Source: Nostoc punctiforme PCC 73102
GTDB taxonomy: Bacteria; Cyanobacteriota; Cyanobacteriia; Cyanobacteriales; Nostocaceae
NCBI RefSeq assembly: GCF_000020025.1
Contig: NC_010628.1
Span: forward strand, 1,680,001-1,712,000
Direction of reading: 5' to 3'
DNA length: 32,000 bases
The notes beneath the pieces are model-generated. The model was not told the origin of the DNA and made no database searches. It worked only from the letters and a program-made list of their open reading frames with translations. Shown here in pieces: positions 9,720-18,320 of this stretch. Positions within the stretch are counted from its first letter, which is position 1. Every line of letters begins with the position of its first letter. Position numbers and translations under genes: made by a program.

Positions 9720-10031
9720 ATGCTACACCGCAAGATTTATCAACTCTGTTGCGATGGGCGCGAGGTATGTGTTTTCTTGCGGGACCAGCAACGCTGGATT
9801 GAACGCGCCCGCATCATCGACATAGAGGGAGATTTAGTGACCCTACGCTATGAAACAGAAGAAGAGGACGAAGTTTGTTCTTGGGAAGAAATGGTTCGCC
9901 TTGAGAGCATTGGTGCTGTAACGCAAAAACTGGCTTCAGTGCCACGTGGAAATGTGGAACCTCTGATGACTGAAGACTGTCCCGAAGCCGAACGCATCCA
10001 CAACCGTTACACTGACTCGAATCCAGAATAA
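9720..10031 (+). CDS. Hypothetical protein (103 aa), acidic, Cys-containing
   Basis: ATG-initiated ORF followed by a strong 13-bp hairpin at 10106-10144. No family recognised. Confidence 0.55.
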   Translation: MLHRKIYQLCCDGREVCVFLRDQQRWIERARIIDIEGDLVTLRYETEEEDEVCSWEEMVRLESIGAVTQKLASVPRGNVEPLMTEDCPEAERIHNRYTDSNPE

Positions 10032-10105
10032 TCAGTGTTGAGGAGCCAGTACTAAAAACAGGTTTCTCGTTGGAGGTAACTGGTTTCTGATTCTGCCAGC
10101 TGATT

Positions 10106-10144
10106 CGCTAGGCTCTCCACTTACCCCAAAGGGAGAGCCTAGCG
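10106..10144. terminator. Perfect 13-bp stem hairpin (CGCTAGGCTCTCC / GGAGAGCCTAGCG, 13-nt loop) between convergent genes
   Basis: The inverted repeat is read directly from the sequence. It lies 75 nt after the stop of 9720-10031 (+) and 58 nt after the stop of the MBL gene (-). There is no clear U-tract, so it could instead be a dispersed palindromic repeat. Confidence 0.45.
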
Positions 10145-10201
10145 TCAAGGGAAAAGCCACTGGCTTTGCCTAGTGCCGAGTTCTAAGTCATAAATCCTAA
10201 C

Positions 10202-11872
10202 TCAGGACTCAGCACTAGATAAACCTTCAAAAGCAGGACAGTAACCTTCAAGAGTTACCTTAAAGTTATACAACGGCGAAGCTGGGTTCCAACACCTCTG
10301 TCCTCTTTGATGTCGGCAAGTACCACAACAGTCAACATCCGTCCATGTATAGCGATCGCTATTTTGGCTAAGAAGTTCTCGTTGAGACAATCCCCTTAAG
10401 ACTAGTTCTTCCCCTTGCCAACGAGCTTCGATTAAACCAGTATCGGCAAATTGCCGCCAACGCGGATCGGCAGTAATCATATTGGGTAGGGTAATTGTGA
10501 TTACTGTTCCCAACTCTGTCAGTTCGCCTTCGTAGTTAGTCTCTGGTGCTGCTGGTTGTAAGAATGTGTCGCCGATAGGCAATTCTACTAAGGTGTTAGC
10601 CGCCGGAGAATGTACATGGTAGCGGTTTTGCAACTCTTCCAAGCTAGTCAGGTCTGCTAAGTAAGCAGGAGAACCGTGGACAAAAATGACGTGCTGGGGT
10701 CGCAAATTATGAATTAGCTGCGTAGTACCAGGGCCATCACTATGTTGCGCTAAGAGATAGCTTTCAACAGTGGTGGGTGCCAAATATTCTTTATTAACTT
10801 TTATATCAATTTTTTCTGGAAGAAGGATCAGCCAAGGACCGGTGTCTAGTTGGCAGTGTTTGCCTAAATCAGATGTAGAGTCGGTGAGGACTATACAAGG
10901 CGACTTGCCCACTGTGGGACGATGTTCTGCTTGTAAACGACGCACGCGGGGACGTACCCGTTCATCCCAAAATAAGGGTTGATGGCGGGCGAAGTTTTGC
11001 ACAGATGGGGGGAGGTGGGGTAACAGTTCTAGGTAAGCATCGCAGCCAGTAGCGACAGCACCATCCACCCAGATATCTAAATCTCTTCCGGTGAAGTGGT
11101 GATGAGAGCGTAACAGCATTAGCATCTCTTGACCCAATCCTAAAGCAGGAGTGGGAAGGATTACAGAACAATGGTCAGCGATCGCCCGATTAATTCGCTC
11201 TGCTAGTTGATTTTCCTGGTTGCGGCGGTGAGGATGACGGGATGTGCCATAACTGCCTTCAATGATCAGCACATCCAAGTCTAAGCCCCGCAATTCTTCT
11301 AAACGCAAACCTTCTACCAACCGGGAATTTGATAAGAAAAAATCCCCTGTATATAGTAATTTGTAAGTACGCTGCTTGGTGGTGTAGGTAAGAAGAATGG
11401 CCACTGCCCCTGGTAGATGCCCGGCTGGAAATAATTCTGCTACTAAACCATCTTGAAATTCCACAGGCGATCGCAACGGCAAAGCATGACAAAATTTGGA
11501 AATTTCCTCAGCATCTTGATCTAGCCAATTCAGTGGCAGTAACTTGCTGGTTACTTCGCTACCATAGATAGGTAACTTGGGATAAGCTTTATGTAGTGCC
11601 AGCAAGCCTCTGGAATGATCTGGGTGGGCGTGACTAATCAAAACTAAATCTGCTGGTAGGGGCGAACTAGATCCACGTTCCGACTTAGTAAGCCCCTTAG
11701 CCAGCGATGAAATATCTTCCATACCACAGTCTAACAGAATGCGGTGTGGCCCCATCTTTACCAATAAACACACGCCCTCATCGTGATGCTGGACACTATA
11801 GGGCAAACATTCTAATTCAGTACCTACTTCCGCAGCATCTACGCCAGAAGATGCCGACAGATTATCCCTCAT
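10202..11872 (-). CDS. MBL-fold metallo-hydrolase of the beta-CASP type, with a Cys-rich C-terminal extension
   Basis: It has the HxHxDH motif (LISHAHPDHSRG), a beta-CASP-like motif A region (VLIIEGSYGTSRHP) and a late His motif (VIFVHGSP). The ORF track starts at 11914. The ATG at 11872 (MRDNLSAS) is preceded by a GGAGGGGAGGA Shine-Dalgarno-like run and is preferred. The C-terminus reads CCGTCRHQRGQRCW...YCPAFE. Confidence 0.8.
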   Translation of the reverse strand: MRDNLSASSGVDAAEVGTELECLPYSVQHHDEGVCLLVKMGPHRILLDCGMEDISSLAKGLTKSERGSSSPLPADLVLISHAHPDHSRGLLALHKAYPKLPIYGSEVTSKLLPLNWLDQDAEEISKFCHALPLRSPVEFQDGLVAELFPAGHLPGAVAILLTYTTKQRTYKLLYTGDFFLSNSRLVEGLRLEELRGLDLDVLIIEGSYGTSRHPHRRNQENQLAERINRAIADHCSVILPTPALGLGQEMLMLLRSHHHFTGRDLDIWVDGAVATGCDAYLELLPHLPPSVQNFARHQPLFWDERVRPRVRRLQAEHRPTVGKSPCIVLTDSTSDLGKHCQLDTGPWLILLPEKIDIKVNKEYLAPTTVESYLLAQHSDGPGTTQLIHNLRPQHVIFVHGSPAYLADLTSLEELQNRYHVHSPAANTLVELPIGDTFLQPAAPETNYEGELTELGTVITITLPNMITADPRWRQFADTGLIEARWQGEELVLRGLSQRELLSQNSDRYTWTDVDCCGTCRHQRGQRCWNPASPLYNFKVTLEGYCPAFEGLSSAES

Positions 11873-12616
11873 AATGTCCTCCCCTCCAACCTCATCATCA
11901 TGGACATATCCCAAAAGCCAAAAGTTACGTTACACAAGTTTTGGTTTTGTGACTTAGGGGTAAGTTTTCGCGTGCGCCCCTACACCCTGAGAATACAGAT
12001 TTTTGATTGGGGAGGACGCCTCAGCCGAACCCGCACTGGTTCGGAAAGGTGGGCTAACGAAAAGCCATCAAACTAGGAGCTAAAGGAGTTTGCCTCTTGT
12101 GTGTTTTACCTTTGCAACTTCTGAGCGCTGTTAGCAAACTCACCCTACGGAAAGTCGCCCAAGCCTCTACAGATTTATTTCAATGTGCGGAACCATTGCC
12201 GTGATAGTTATCTGAATCATAGAATCCGTTTTTCGTACCAAAGAATAAGCACGAAAGCGTGAAGATAACTGTTAATCCAGCTAGAATCAGCTTTACATCC
12301 ATTCGTTTGCTGCCCCTTACTCAAGACTTTCTTATATTAATTTAGTGCTTCCGCAATCAAACCGGATCGCTAGAAAATCTTTACTATGCTTATGTGGATT
12401 GGGCAATAGGCAACTTTACCACAATCAGTCAGATTGTAGAACTTTTCGGTTCACCTGTCCATCCATCTGATTTAAACTAAAATTTTCACTGTTTCCGGCG
12501 TAGTTCTTGATTTAAAGAGAGGTGTACGCATTGTCTATTGATTTGAAAGCTACTGTAAATCAAATGATGACATACAGCCTCTAATGAGGTCATGGTGTAC
12601 ATATCACATTTGATTC

Positions 12617-13885
12617 ATGACTTATATGAACATCTTAATGCTATCATCTACCTTTCCCTACCCACCAACGCGCGGGGGAACCCAAGTCAGGACATTTCAT
12701 TTACTTAAATACCTGAGTCAACGCCATACTGTTACCCTCGCTACTCAACGCGAGGGCGATGTTACCGACGCTGAAGTAGCAGAATTACGCAATTGTGTCG
12801 ATCATCTAGCCATTTTTGAACGCCCTTCAGATTCTGGAACCACAGGAATATTGAAGAAAATACAGCGATTTGGTCAATTTTTGCAACAAGGGACACCACC
12901 AAGCGTACTTAACCGCTACTCAGCTGAGATGCAAACATGGGTTGATAACTGGGTAGAAGCAGGGAAATGTGATGTAATTACCTGCGAACATAGCGTCAAT
13001 GAAATTTATGTGCGATGTCTACGACGGGCTACGCCAACGCATTTTCAGAAACAGCTAAAAACCATAGTGAATGTTCATAGTTCTGTTTACGCTACCTGTC
13101 GCAACCAACTAACAACAGGCATTTCAGAAAATTCCCTGAGAGACAAAATTAATCTACCGCTTCTGCGGCGTTATGAGCAAAGCTACTGTGGTAAGTTTTC
13201 GGCAATTGTAGCGACAACAGAAGAAGATAAAATTCAACTACAAGAATTTAACCCCAATAGTGAAATTACAGTTATTCCCAATGGCGTAGATTTACTTTCT
13301 TTCCCCAACCGTAGCACCGATCCAGGAGGACATCGCTTAATTTTTATCGGTGCAATGGATAATTTGGCAAACATTGATGCTGTCTGCTTCTTCAGCAACG
13401 AAGTCTTGCCAGCAATCCAAAAACTTTATCCTGATACAATTTTCGATATCGTCGGTTCTCATCCAGTGCCAGAAGTTTTAGCACTCGATCAAAAACCAGG
13501 AATTAATGTAATTGGGCGTGTGCCTTCAATGGTAGAATACTTGCATAAATGTACCATCTGTGTAGTACCCATGCGAACTGGGTTTGGCATTAAAAATAAA
13601 ACTTTAGAAGCAATGGCAGCTGGTGTACCTATAGTAGCTAGCGATCGCGGCTTAGAAGGATTAGCCGTAGATGGCACTAGTCATCCATTACGGGCATTAC
13701 GAGCAAATACGCCAACGGAGTACATCACCGCTATTAGTCAACTCTTCGATCGGCCACATCTGCGTGCAGAATTGTCTCATAACGGTAGACATCTGGTAGA
13801 AACAGATTTTACTTGGGATATCGCTGGTAAAAGCTATGAACAAGTTTGTCTAGGGAAAGCCCATCTGCCTCTAGATAAATTCTAA
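12617..13885 (+). CDS. Glycosyltransferase family 4
   Basis: 422 aa. The N-terminus ILMLSSTFPYPPTRGGTQVR is typical of GT4, and the C-terminal nucleotide-sugar region is FGIKNKTLEAMAAGVPIVASDRGLEGL. It carries a mini-repeat insertion (RCLRRATPTH, nt 13014-13041). An alternative ATG start lies at 12626. Confidence 0.85.
   Translation: MTYMNILMLSSTFPYPPTRGGTQVRTFHLLKYLSQRHTVTLATQREGDVTDAEVAELRNCVDHLAIFERPSDSGTTGILKKIQRFGQFLQQGTPPSVLNRYSAEMQTWVDNWVEAGKCDVITCEHSVNEIYVRCLRRATPTHFQKQLKTIVNVHSSVYATCRNQLTTGISENSLRDKINLPLLRRYEQSYCGKFSAIVATTEEDKIQLQEFNPNSEITVIPNGVDLLSFPNRSTDPGGHRLIFIGAMDNLANIDAVCFFSNEVLPAIQKLYPDTIFDIVGSHPVPEVLALDQKPGINVIGRVPSMVEYLHKCTICVVPMRTGFGIKNKTLEAMAAGVPIVASDRGLEGLAVDGTSHPLRALRANTPTEYITAISQLFDRPHLRAELSHNGRHLVETDFTWDIAGKSYEQVCLGKAHLPLDKF
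13014..13041 (+). repeat. GC-rich ~28-nt mini-repeat, copy inside the GT4 CDS (translated in another frame: RCLRRATPT)
   Basis: The sequence is GATGTCTACGACGGGCTACGCCAACGCA. Confidence 0.8.
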
Positions 13886-13918
13886 TTGTTTTTTCTTATC
13901 GGTCTGTAACAAATGTAT

Positions 13919-13947
13919 GCAGAGACATTGCAATGCAACGTCTCTGC
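13919..13947. terminator. Palindromic hairpin GCAGAGAC-ATTGCAATGCAAC-GTCTCTGC between convergent genes
   Basis: An 8-bp perfect stem with an internally palindromic loop (TTGCA/TGCAA), 34 nt after the GT4 stop. No U-tract. It resembles the AGAGAC...GTCTCT palindromic repeats common in Nostocales intergenic DNA (from memory). Confidence 0.35.
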
Positions 13948-14011
13948 ATCGGTCGGACAAATTATGCGATCTAGATCGTATTGGTTGTTAGTTAGCTTGT
14001 AAAGAAGCACG

Positions 14012-14332
14012 TCAATTATTATCAAACTTAGTAGAAGCACCTAAAACAAGTAATTTTTTATGCTTGCGCTTATTCTTATTCTTGAGAGTATTCAAATAAC
14101 TATCAACGTAGCGGAAAGCAGCAGCACCGTCATAATCAGCAATGGCTATAGCTTGTAAGAAAACCTTTGAAGGAATTTCAAACGCTAAAAATCTTTCTGT
14201 TAAAATCAACAAATCTTTATCTGTGGCGGGAAAAGTAGTCTCTTCTGTCTCTTCTGTCTCTTCGGGTTCGTAGAAAATGTCTTCAATTAATGCTCTGTAC
14301 ACTTTGTACCTCCCCAAAAGCATAAGATGCAA
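14012..14332 (-). CDS. Small hypothetical protein (up to 106 aa) with EET repeats and a Lys-rich tail
   Basis: The ORF overlaps the stop of the upstream ORF. An internal GTG at 14302 is preceded by GGGGAGG at suitable spacing, which would give a 20-nt overlap with 14283-14534. It contains a 9-bp tandem repeat encoding EETEETEET. Confidence 0.4.
   Translation of the reverse strand: MHLMLLGRYKVYRALIEDIFYEPEETEETEETTFPATDKDLLILTERFLAFEIPSKVFLQAIAIADYDGAAAFRYVDSYLNTLKNKNKRKHKKLLVLGASTKFDNN
14241..14267. repeat. 9-bp tandem repeat TCTTCTGTC x2 plus a degenerate third unit, inside a small ORF
   Basis: Read directly from the sequence. It encodes EETEETEET on the minus strand. Confidence 0.85.
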
Positions 14333-14534
14333 AGCCTGTGATAAAGTTTAACTGCTGATCGCGAGTTTGTAAGTTAACTGGGAGTTCGGTACCAGGACAT
14401 CCTATTTCCCGTAAAATCTCCAAACAATAAGCACCGAGTTGAGTGTATGGAGCTTGCTCCAATTCTTGAGCTACCTCTAGAGCCATCTCCAGATTAACTT
14501 GGATAACCGTCGTTACAGGGTTGGTCATAAACAC
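14283..14534 (-). CDS. Small hypothetical protein (83 aa; start may be the ATG at 14528)
   Basis: ORF with ATG starts. It overlaps the downstream ORF (14012-14332) in a different frame. No family recognised. Confidence 0.4.
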   Translation of the reverse strand: MFMTNPVTTVIQVNLEMALEVAQELEQAPYTQLGAYCLEILREIGCPGTELPVNLQTRDQQLNFITGFASYAFGEVQSVQSIN

Positions 14535-14792
14535 GCCCTAATAAACTGGATGTTCTTAGTTTTGATCACAAGTACAAATAGCGTAACGGTGTTTTTGCGG
14601 AATTTATGAAGAGGGGAAAATAAAGTATCAGCGCATTTGCGGTAATGTATCGAAAATTATCCAAACAAGACTGAAAGCTTAACAATTTCAATCTGGGTGC
14701 GATCGCTACACTAAAATACATTGACATTCACTTAATGTCAAAGACAAGCCAATGTTTGCCTTATGCGTATAAATACTTGTTAAAGACGAAAG

Positions 14793-14812
14793 CGCTTGCC
14801 AGAAAACAAGCG
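14793..14812 (-). terminator. Candidate intrinsic terminator of the TspO-like gene
   Basis: On the minus strand the sequence is CGCTTG-ttttctgg-CAAGCG followed by CTTTCGTCTTT. This gives a 6-bp stem and a T-rich tail, ~60 nt after the stop. Confidence 0.35.
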
Positions 14813-14842
14813 AGGAAATGTGAAGATATGCCTGGGGCATGA

Positions 14843-14870
14843 GCCTACGGTGGGCAGGTACGCCATCGCA
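14843..14870 (+). repeat. Diverged intergenic copy of the GC-rich mini-repeat
   Basis: The sequence is GCCTACGGTGGGCAGGTACGCCATCGCA, immediately 3' of the TspO-like gene stop. It shares the CCTACGG...GGGC...ACGCCA.CGCA core with the other copies. Confidence 0.55.
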
Positions 14871-14871
14871 G

Positions 14872-15660
14872 TTAAATATTTTCTTGTTGGGGGCGTAAGC
14901 TGTTAATCGTAGCGGTCAAAACTAGGACAATTGCCAAAACAAACACGGTATTTCTGAGTATTGAGTTATCAGAGTGTTTGAGTGCGATCGCTACTAGTGC
15001 CCAAAGTATTACTCCTGCATAAGCGATGTCTCGACGCTGGATAACTATAACTGCTGCAACTGCTGTTGCTATCAATACCATGATGAGAGTCCATGTTATA
15101 GCAGAAATTCCCCAACCGTTCCACCCGTGAAAATACAAGGCACACGCTACATTGACGATGGTTGCCACGCTAATCCAGCCTAGATAAATGCTGATCGGAA
15201 AGTGAAGACACCATTTTTTCAGCCTAGGTACACGCGATTTGCCAATTTCTAACTGTACATAAACACCAATCAGGGGCAACAGAATCAAAAGCATTGCAAT
15301 TACAGAAAGAGCAAAAAGCCTAGACAAAAACAGATATACCCAGATACTTTGAGCAACACAGGCAATCACCAACAGATAACCTGTTTTACGTAAATCAGGC
15401 TCATCTCGTTGGTTAGGTAAAGCTTGGTATATCCCAAAAGCAAACAACCCAAGGTAAATTAGCCCCCAGATAGCAAAGGCGTAATTGGCAGGGATAATCA
15501 GGACATTTTTAAAAAAAGTATTGGAAATTTCCCCTATACTGAGTCCATTGAGCGGAAAAACGTTCGATAGTACGTTGATAACGAAAGCACCAAAGATTGC
15601 AGCCAACGTAACAAGCTGTCGCCAAAAATCCCGGTAATTGCCTCTTGTGGACTGCTGCAT
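14872..15660 (-). CDS. Polytopic membrane protein, TspO/MBR-related (tryptophan-rich sensory protein-like)
   Basis: 262 aa and almost entirely hydrophobic helices rich in W and Y. The segment PANYAFAIWGLIYLGLFAFGIYQ resembles TspO-related proteins annotated in cyanobacteria. The family assignment is from memory and unverified. Confidence 0.6.
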   Translation of the reverse strand: MQQSTRGNYRDFWRQLVTLAAIFGAFVINVLSNVFPLNGLSIGEISNTFFKNVLIIPANYAFAIWGLIYLGLFAFGIYQALPNQRDEPDLRKTGYLLVIACVAQSIWVYLFLSRLFALSVIAMLLILLPLIGVYVQLEIGKSRVPRLKKWCLHFPISIYLGWISVATIVNVACALYFHGWNGWGISAITWTLIMVLIATAVAAVIVIQRRDIAYAGVILWALVAIALKHSDNSILRNTVFVLAIVLVLTATINSLRPQQENI

Positions 15661-16256
15661 AGGATGTTAACTGTTATCTTTTTGTGACTGTAACCATAAG
15701 TTTGCTCTGTGATTCGTCGATCAAGACGAGTATTTATACTCAGGAGCGATCTCTTGGTTTTAAGGGTACATAAACCCTGAAATTTCGGCAACTGTATGAT
15801 TTAAAAACCAAATGCTAAAACTGCGCTCGCAGAAAGTTAAATCAAGCCTTTGGGCTTGTCCTCGCGGATTAAACATATTAGCAATAAGAATACAGACTAT
15901 TGCGTTGCCAATAAAATTTAGTTGTTGTTCGTGTCGCTTTTGATGCGTAAGGAAAGCGATACACACGTTTGAAATTTTATGGTCTGCAATTATTGTAAAT
16001 GATTGTAGGCACAATACTCTTCATAGCTTTGACTTGGTGCAAAGATAGTTTACAAAAGTTGCTCAACCAGTTGCCATAATATTGTCTTCTAGCCTTTGAA
16101 GACTCAAGGGTAAAAGCCAGATATCGAGCAAGTCAATCTGACTTTCTACATCTCGTGGAGAGTCAAAATTTTGGTACACTCAATCCATCTGGAAGGCTCA
16201 TTTTTTAATGTATTAAATTAGATAAACTGCTAACTAATTCGATTTATACAAATAAG

Positions 16257-17201
16257 ATGAACATTGAGAGTATTAGCATAAAAAACATCAAAATACAACA
16301 AAATATTATCTTACAAAACATTTCCGATCTAGCTTCAACTCCAACCCCAAACGCTGCTCACATACAACAAATAACCGAGAGTTTAGTAAAAATAGTGACA
16401 GCAATTGAAAAAATATGCTTCCAGCAGCAAGTAACACCTGCCAACCTGACTAGTTCATCCCGTCAAATATACTCCTGGATGAAGTTCTTGACAGATGAAT
16501 GCAACCTGCAACTTCATCTGAGAAGCACTTATTATGTGCGGCAAATCGCTAAAGAAATTCTCAGTAAACAGGATCAGGAGTCAGTCGAAGTAATGATTGC
16601 ATTCACTAATCTTGTACTCTTATACAAGGGTAAAAAGTCTAGTAACATTGCTAAAATTGTGATTAATGAAGGTTTTATTAATGCGTCAGAAGAGGTTTTA
16701 CAGGCGGTAGTCAAATCTGCCCTTTTGGGCAATAGCCAAGCTAGTACACGACTTATTAGGTCGTTTGCCAGTTCATCAGAATACAGTGATGTACTACTAG
16801 AACTTGATTTAATTGCTGAAGTAATTGCAGAGAATGCACAAGGTAAATTTTATAACCTACATCATTTATTTGACAAACTGAACTACGAATATTTTGCGGC
16901 AAATCTTGTCAAACCACGCCTTACATGGAGCCAAATTAACACTTACCGTAAGTTCGGACATTATGAGACAGCTAGAGATCGTGTGGTGATAAGTTTGACT
17001 CTTGACGATGCCAATATACCGGAGTTTGTTGCTGAATTCGTTTTATATCACGAATTGCTGCACAAGTACCACGGCATAAAGTGGGTTCAGGGCAGAAGAA
17101 TGGTTCACACAAAAGAGTTTCGTGTATATGAAAGCAGGTTCAAGTTGTACAAAGAAGCATGTGTATGGCTGAAAAAGTTGGCATCTAGCCCAAGACCGTA
17201 A
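16257..17201 (+). CDS. Protein with a C-terminal HExxH metallo-hydrolase-like domain (DUF45/YgjP- or SprT-like)
   Basis: 314 aa. The C-terminus reads FVLYHELLHKYHGIKWVQGRRMVHTKEFRVYESRF...WLKKL, matching the HExxH...H..F...WL pattern of DUF45-type zinc hydrolases. The N-terminal ~230 aa are unassigned. Confidence 0.65.
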   Translation: MNIESISIKNIKIQQNIILQNISDLASTPTPNAAHIQQITESLVKIVTAIEKICFQQQVTPANLTSSSRQIYSWMKFLTDECNLQLHLRSTYYVRQIAKEILSKQDQESVEVMIAFTNLVLLYKGKKSSNIAKIVINEGFINASEEVLQAVVKSALLGNSQASTRLIRSFASSSEYSDVLLELDLIAEVIAENAQGKFYNLHHLFDKLNYEYFAANLVKPRLTWSQINTYRKFGHYETARDRVVISLTLDDANIPEFVAEFVLYHELLHKYHGIKWVQGRRMVHTKEFRVYESRFKLYKEACVWLKKLASSPRP

Positions 17202-17383
17202 ATATATTTAGATGTAATGAAAGTCTGTGTAATGCTTATTGTTAGCGAATTGTCAATGTTCTGGAAAAAAACCTAGGTCACGATTTTACGTGATTCTGTC
17301 ATTGGAAGTAACAACCAAGGTAGAGGTTATGGCAACGATTTTTCAGTAGTGTAGAGGCACTAAAGTAATCGAGAAATTTTTCA

Positions 17384-18070
17384 ATGGCATATCAAGGCGT
17401 AATTTTGGATGTAGATGGGACACTTGTTCTCAGTAATGATGCCCATGCTCAAGCTTGGGTAGAAGCATTTTCTGCCTTTGGCTATGAGGTGAAGTTCGAA
17501 CAAGTCCGACCATTGATTGGTATGGGAGGCGACCAGATTATTCCTAAGTTCGCGCCAGGACTTTCCGATCGACAAGGAAAAGGTAAGGAAATCGCCGAGA
17601 AACGTAAAGAACTGATTATCAACAAGTTTGCAACAAATCTGAGTCCCGCCACTGGTGCGCGGCAACTAATATTGAAGATGTTGTCTGTTGGGTTACGTCT
17701 AATCATTGCCAGTTCAGCAACGAGTCAAGAACTGTCGGTATTGTTGAAAGCTGCACAAGTTGATGACCTGCTGAGTCAGGATGAGGCGACAACATCTAGT
17801 GATGCCGAAGCTTCTAAACCAGATCCAGATATTGTCGAAGCTGCTTTGAGCAAGTTGAATATAGAACCAGCCTCTGTTGTAATGCTGGGCGATACACCCT
17901 ACGATGTTGAGTCTGCAAATAAGGCTGGTGTTGGCGTGATTGCATTTCGTTGTGGTGGTTTTGATGATAGTCAATTAAAGGATGCGATCGCTATTTACGA
18001 TGACCCATCTGATTTGTTAACCCACTATGACAGTTCACCTCTAGCAACCAAAGTAATGAAGAGTACATAA
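17384..18070 (+). CDS. HAD-superfamily hydrolase (phosphatase, subfamily IA-like)
   Basis: Motif I is VILDVDGTLV (DxDGT), motif II is IIASSAT, and motifs III/IV are K...MLGDTPYDVESA. Confidence 0.85.
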   Translation: MAYQGVILDVDGTLVLSNDAHAQAWVEAFSAFGYEVKFEQVRPLIGMGGDQIIPKFAPGLSDRQGKGKEIAEKRKELIINKFATNLSPATGARQLILKMLSVGLRLIIASSATSQELSVLLKAAQVDDLLSQDEATTSSDAEASKPDPDIVEAALSKLNIEPASVVMLGDTPYDVESANKAGVGVIAFRCGGFDDSQLKDAIAIYDDPSDLLTHYDSSPLATKVMKST

Positions 18071-18320
18071 TCATTTCAAAAGTGGTCAAGTAAACAACTG
18101 ATTTCTACAATTGGAGAGACGGCGATTTATTGCATCTCAAAAACCCAAAATTTTGCTATTAGCCCTTAACCCAAGCGTATTGGACTATAAACCTGAATGT
18201 TAGTTAAAATTTCAAGTTAATTTTTCGCTATTCGAGGTCTTTAACAAATATATTTTAGAGGCAATGTTCATCCCAACATTGCCTGGCATTTCTTAGATCC
18301 TCAATGTCATTAAATAGAAT

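Noticed and set aside
10770-11492. Three ORFs (10770-10982 +, 10962-11171 -, 11259-11492 -) within the MBL/beta-CASP gene.
   Set aside because: They are alternative-frame or antisense ORFs inside a 556-aa gene that carries clear HxHxDH and beta-CASP motifs. Their Arg/Cys-rich peptides are typical of off-frame translation.
11990-12280. I considered that the GC-rich core of the 744-bp spacer might be RNase P RNA, tmRNA, or a cobalamin or other known riboswitch.
   Set aside because: I could not find the conserved RNase P P4 sequence (GAGGAAAGUCCGGGC-type), a tmRNA tag ORF with a tRNA-like end, or a B12 box. It is kept only as an unclassified structured-RNA candidate in the findings.
15534-16014. 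Two overlapping minus-strand ORFs (85 and 84 aa) upstream of the TspO-like gene.
   Set aside because: The first overlaps the 5' end of the TspO-like CDS in another frame. Both have odd composition and no motifs. They are likely chance ORFs in the promoter region, though the 596-bp gap remains unannotated.
17381-17974. Three minus-strand ORFs (94, 74 and 86 aa) antisense to the HAD hydrolase gene, plus 18755-19009 (+) antisense to the P450 gene.
   Set aside because: These are shadow ORFs within genes that have unambiguous catalytic motifs.
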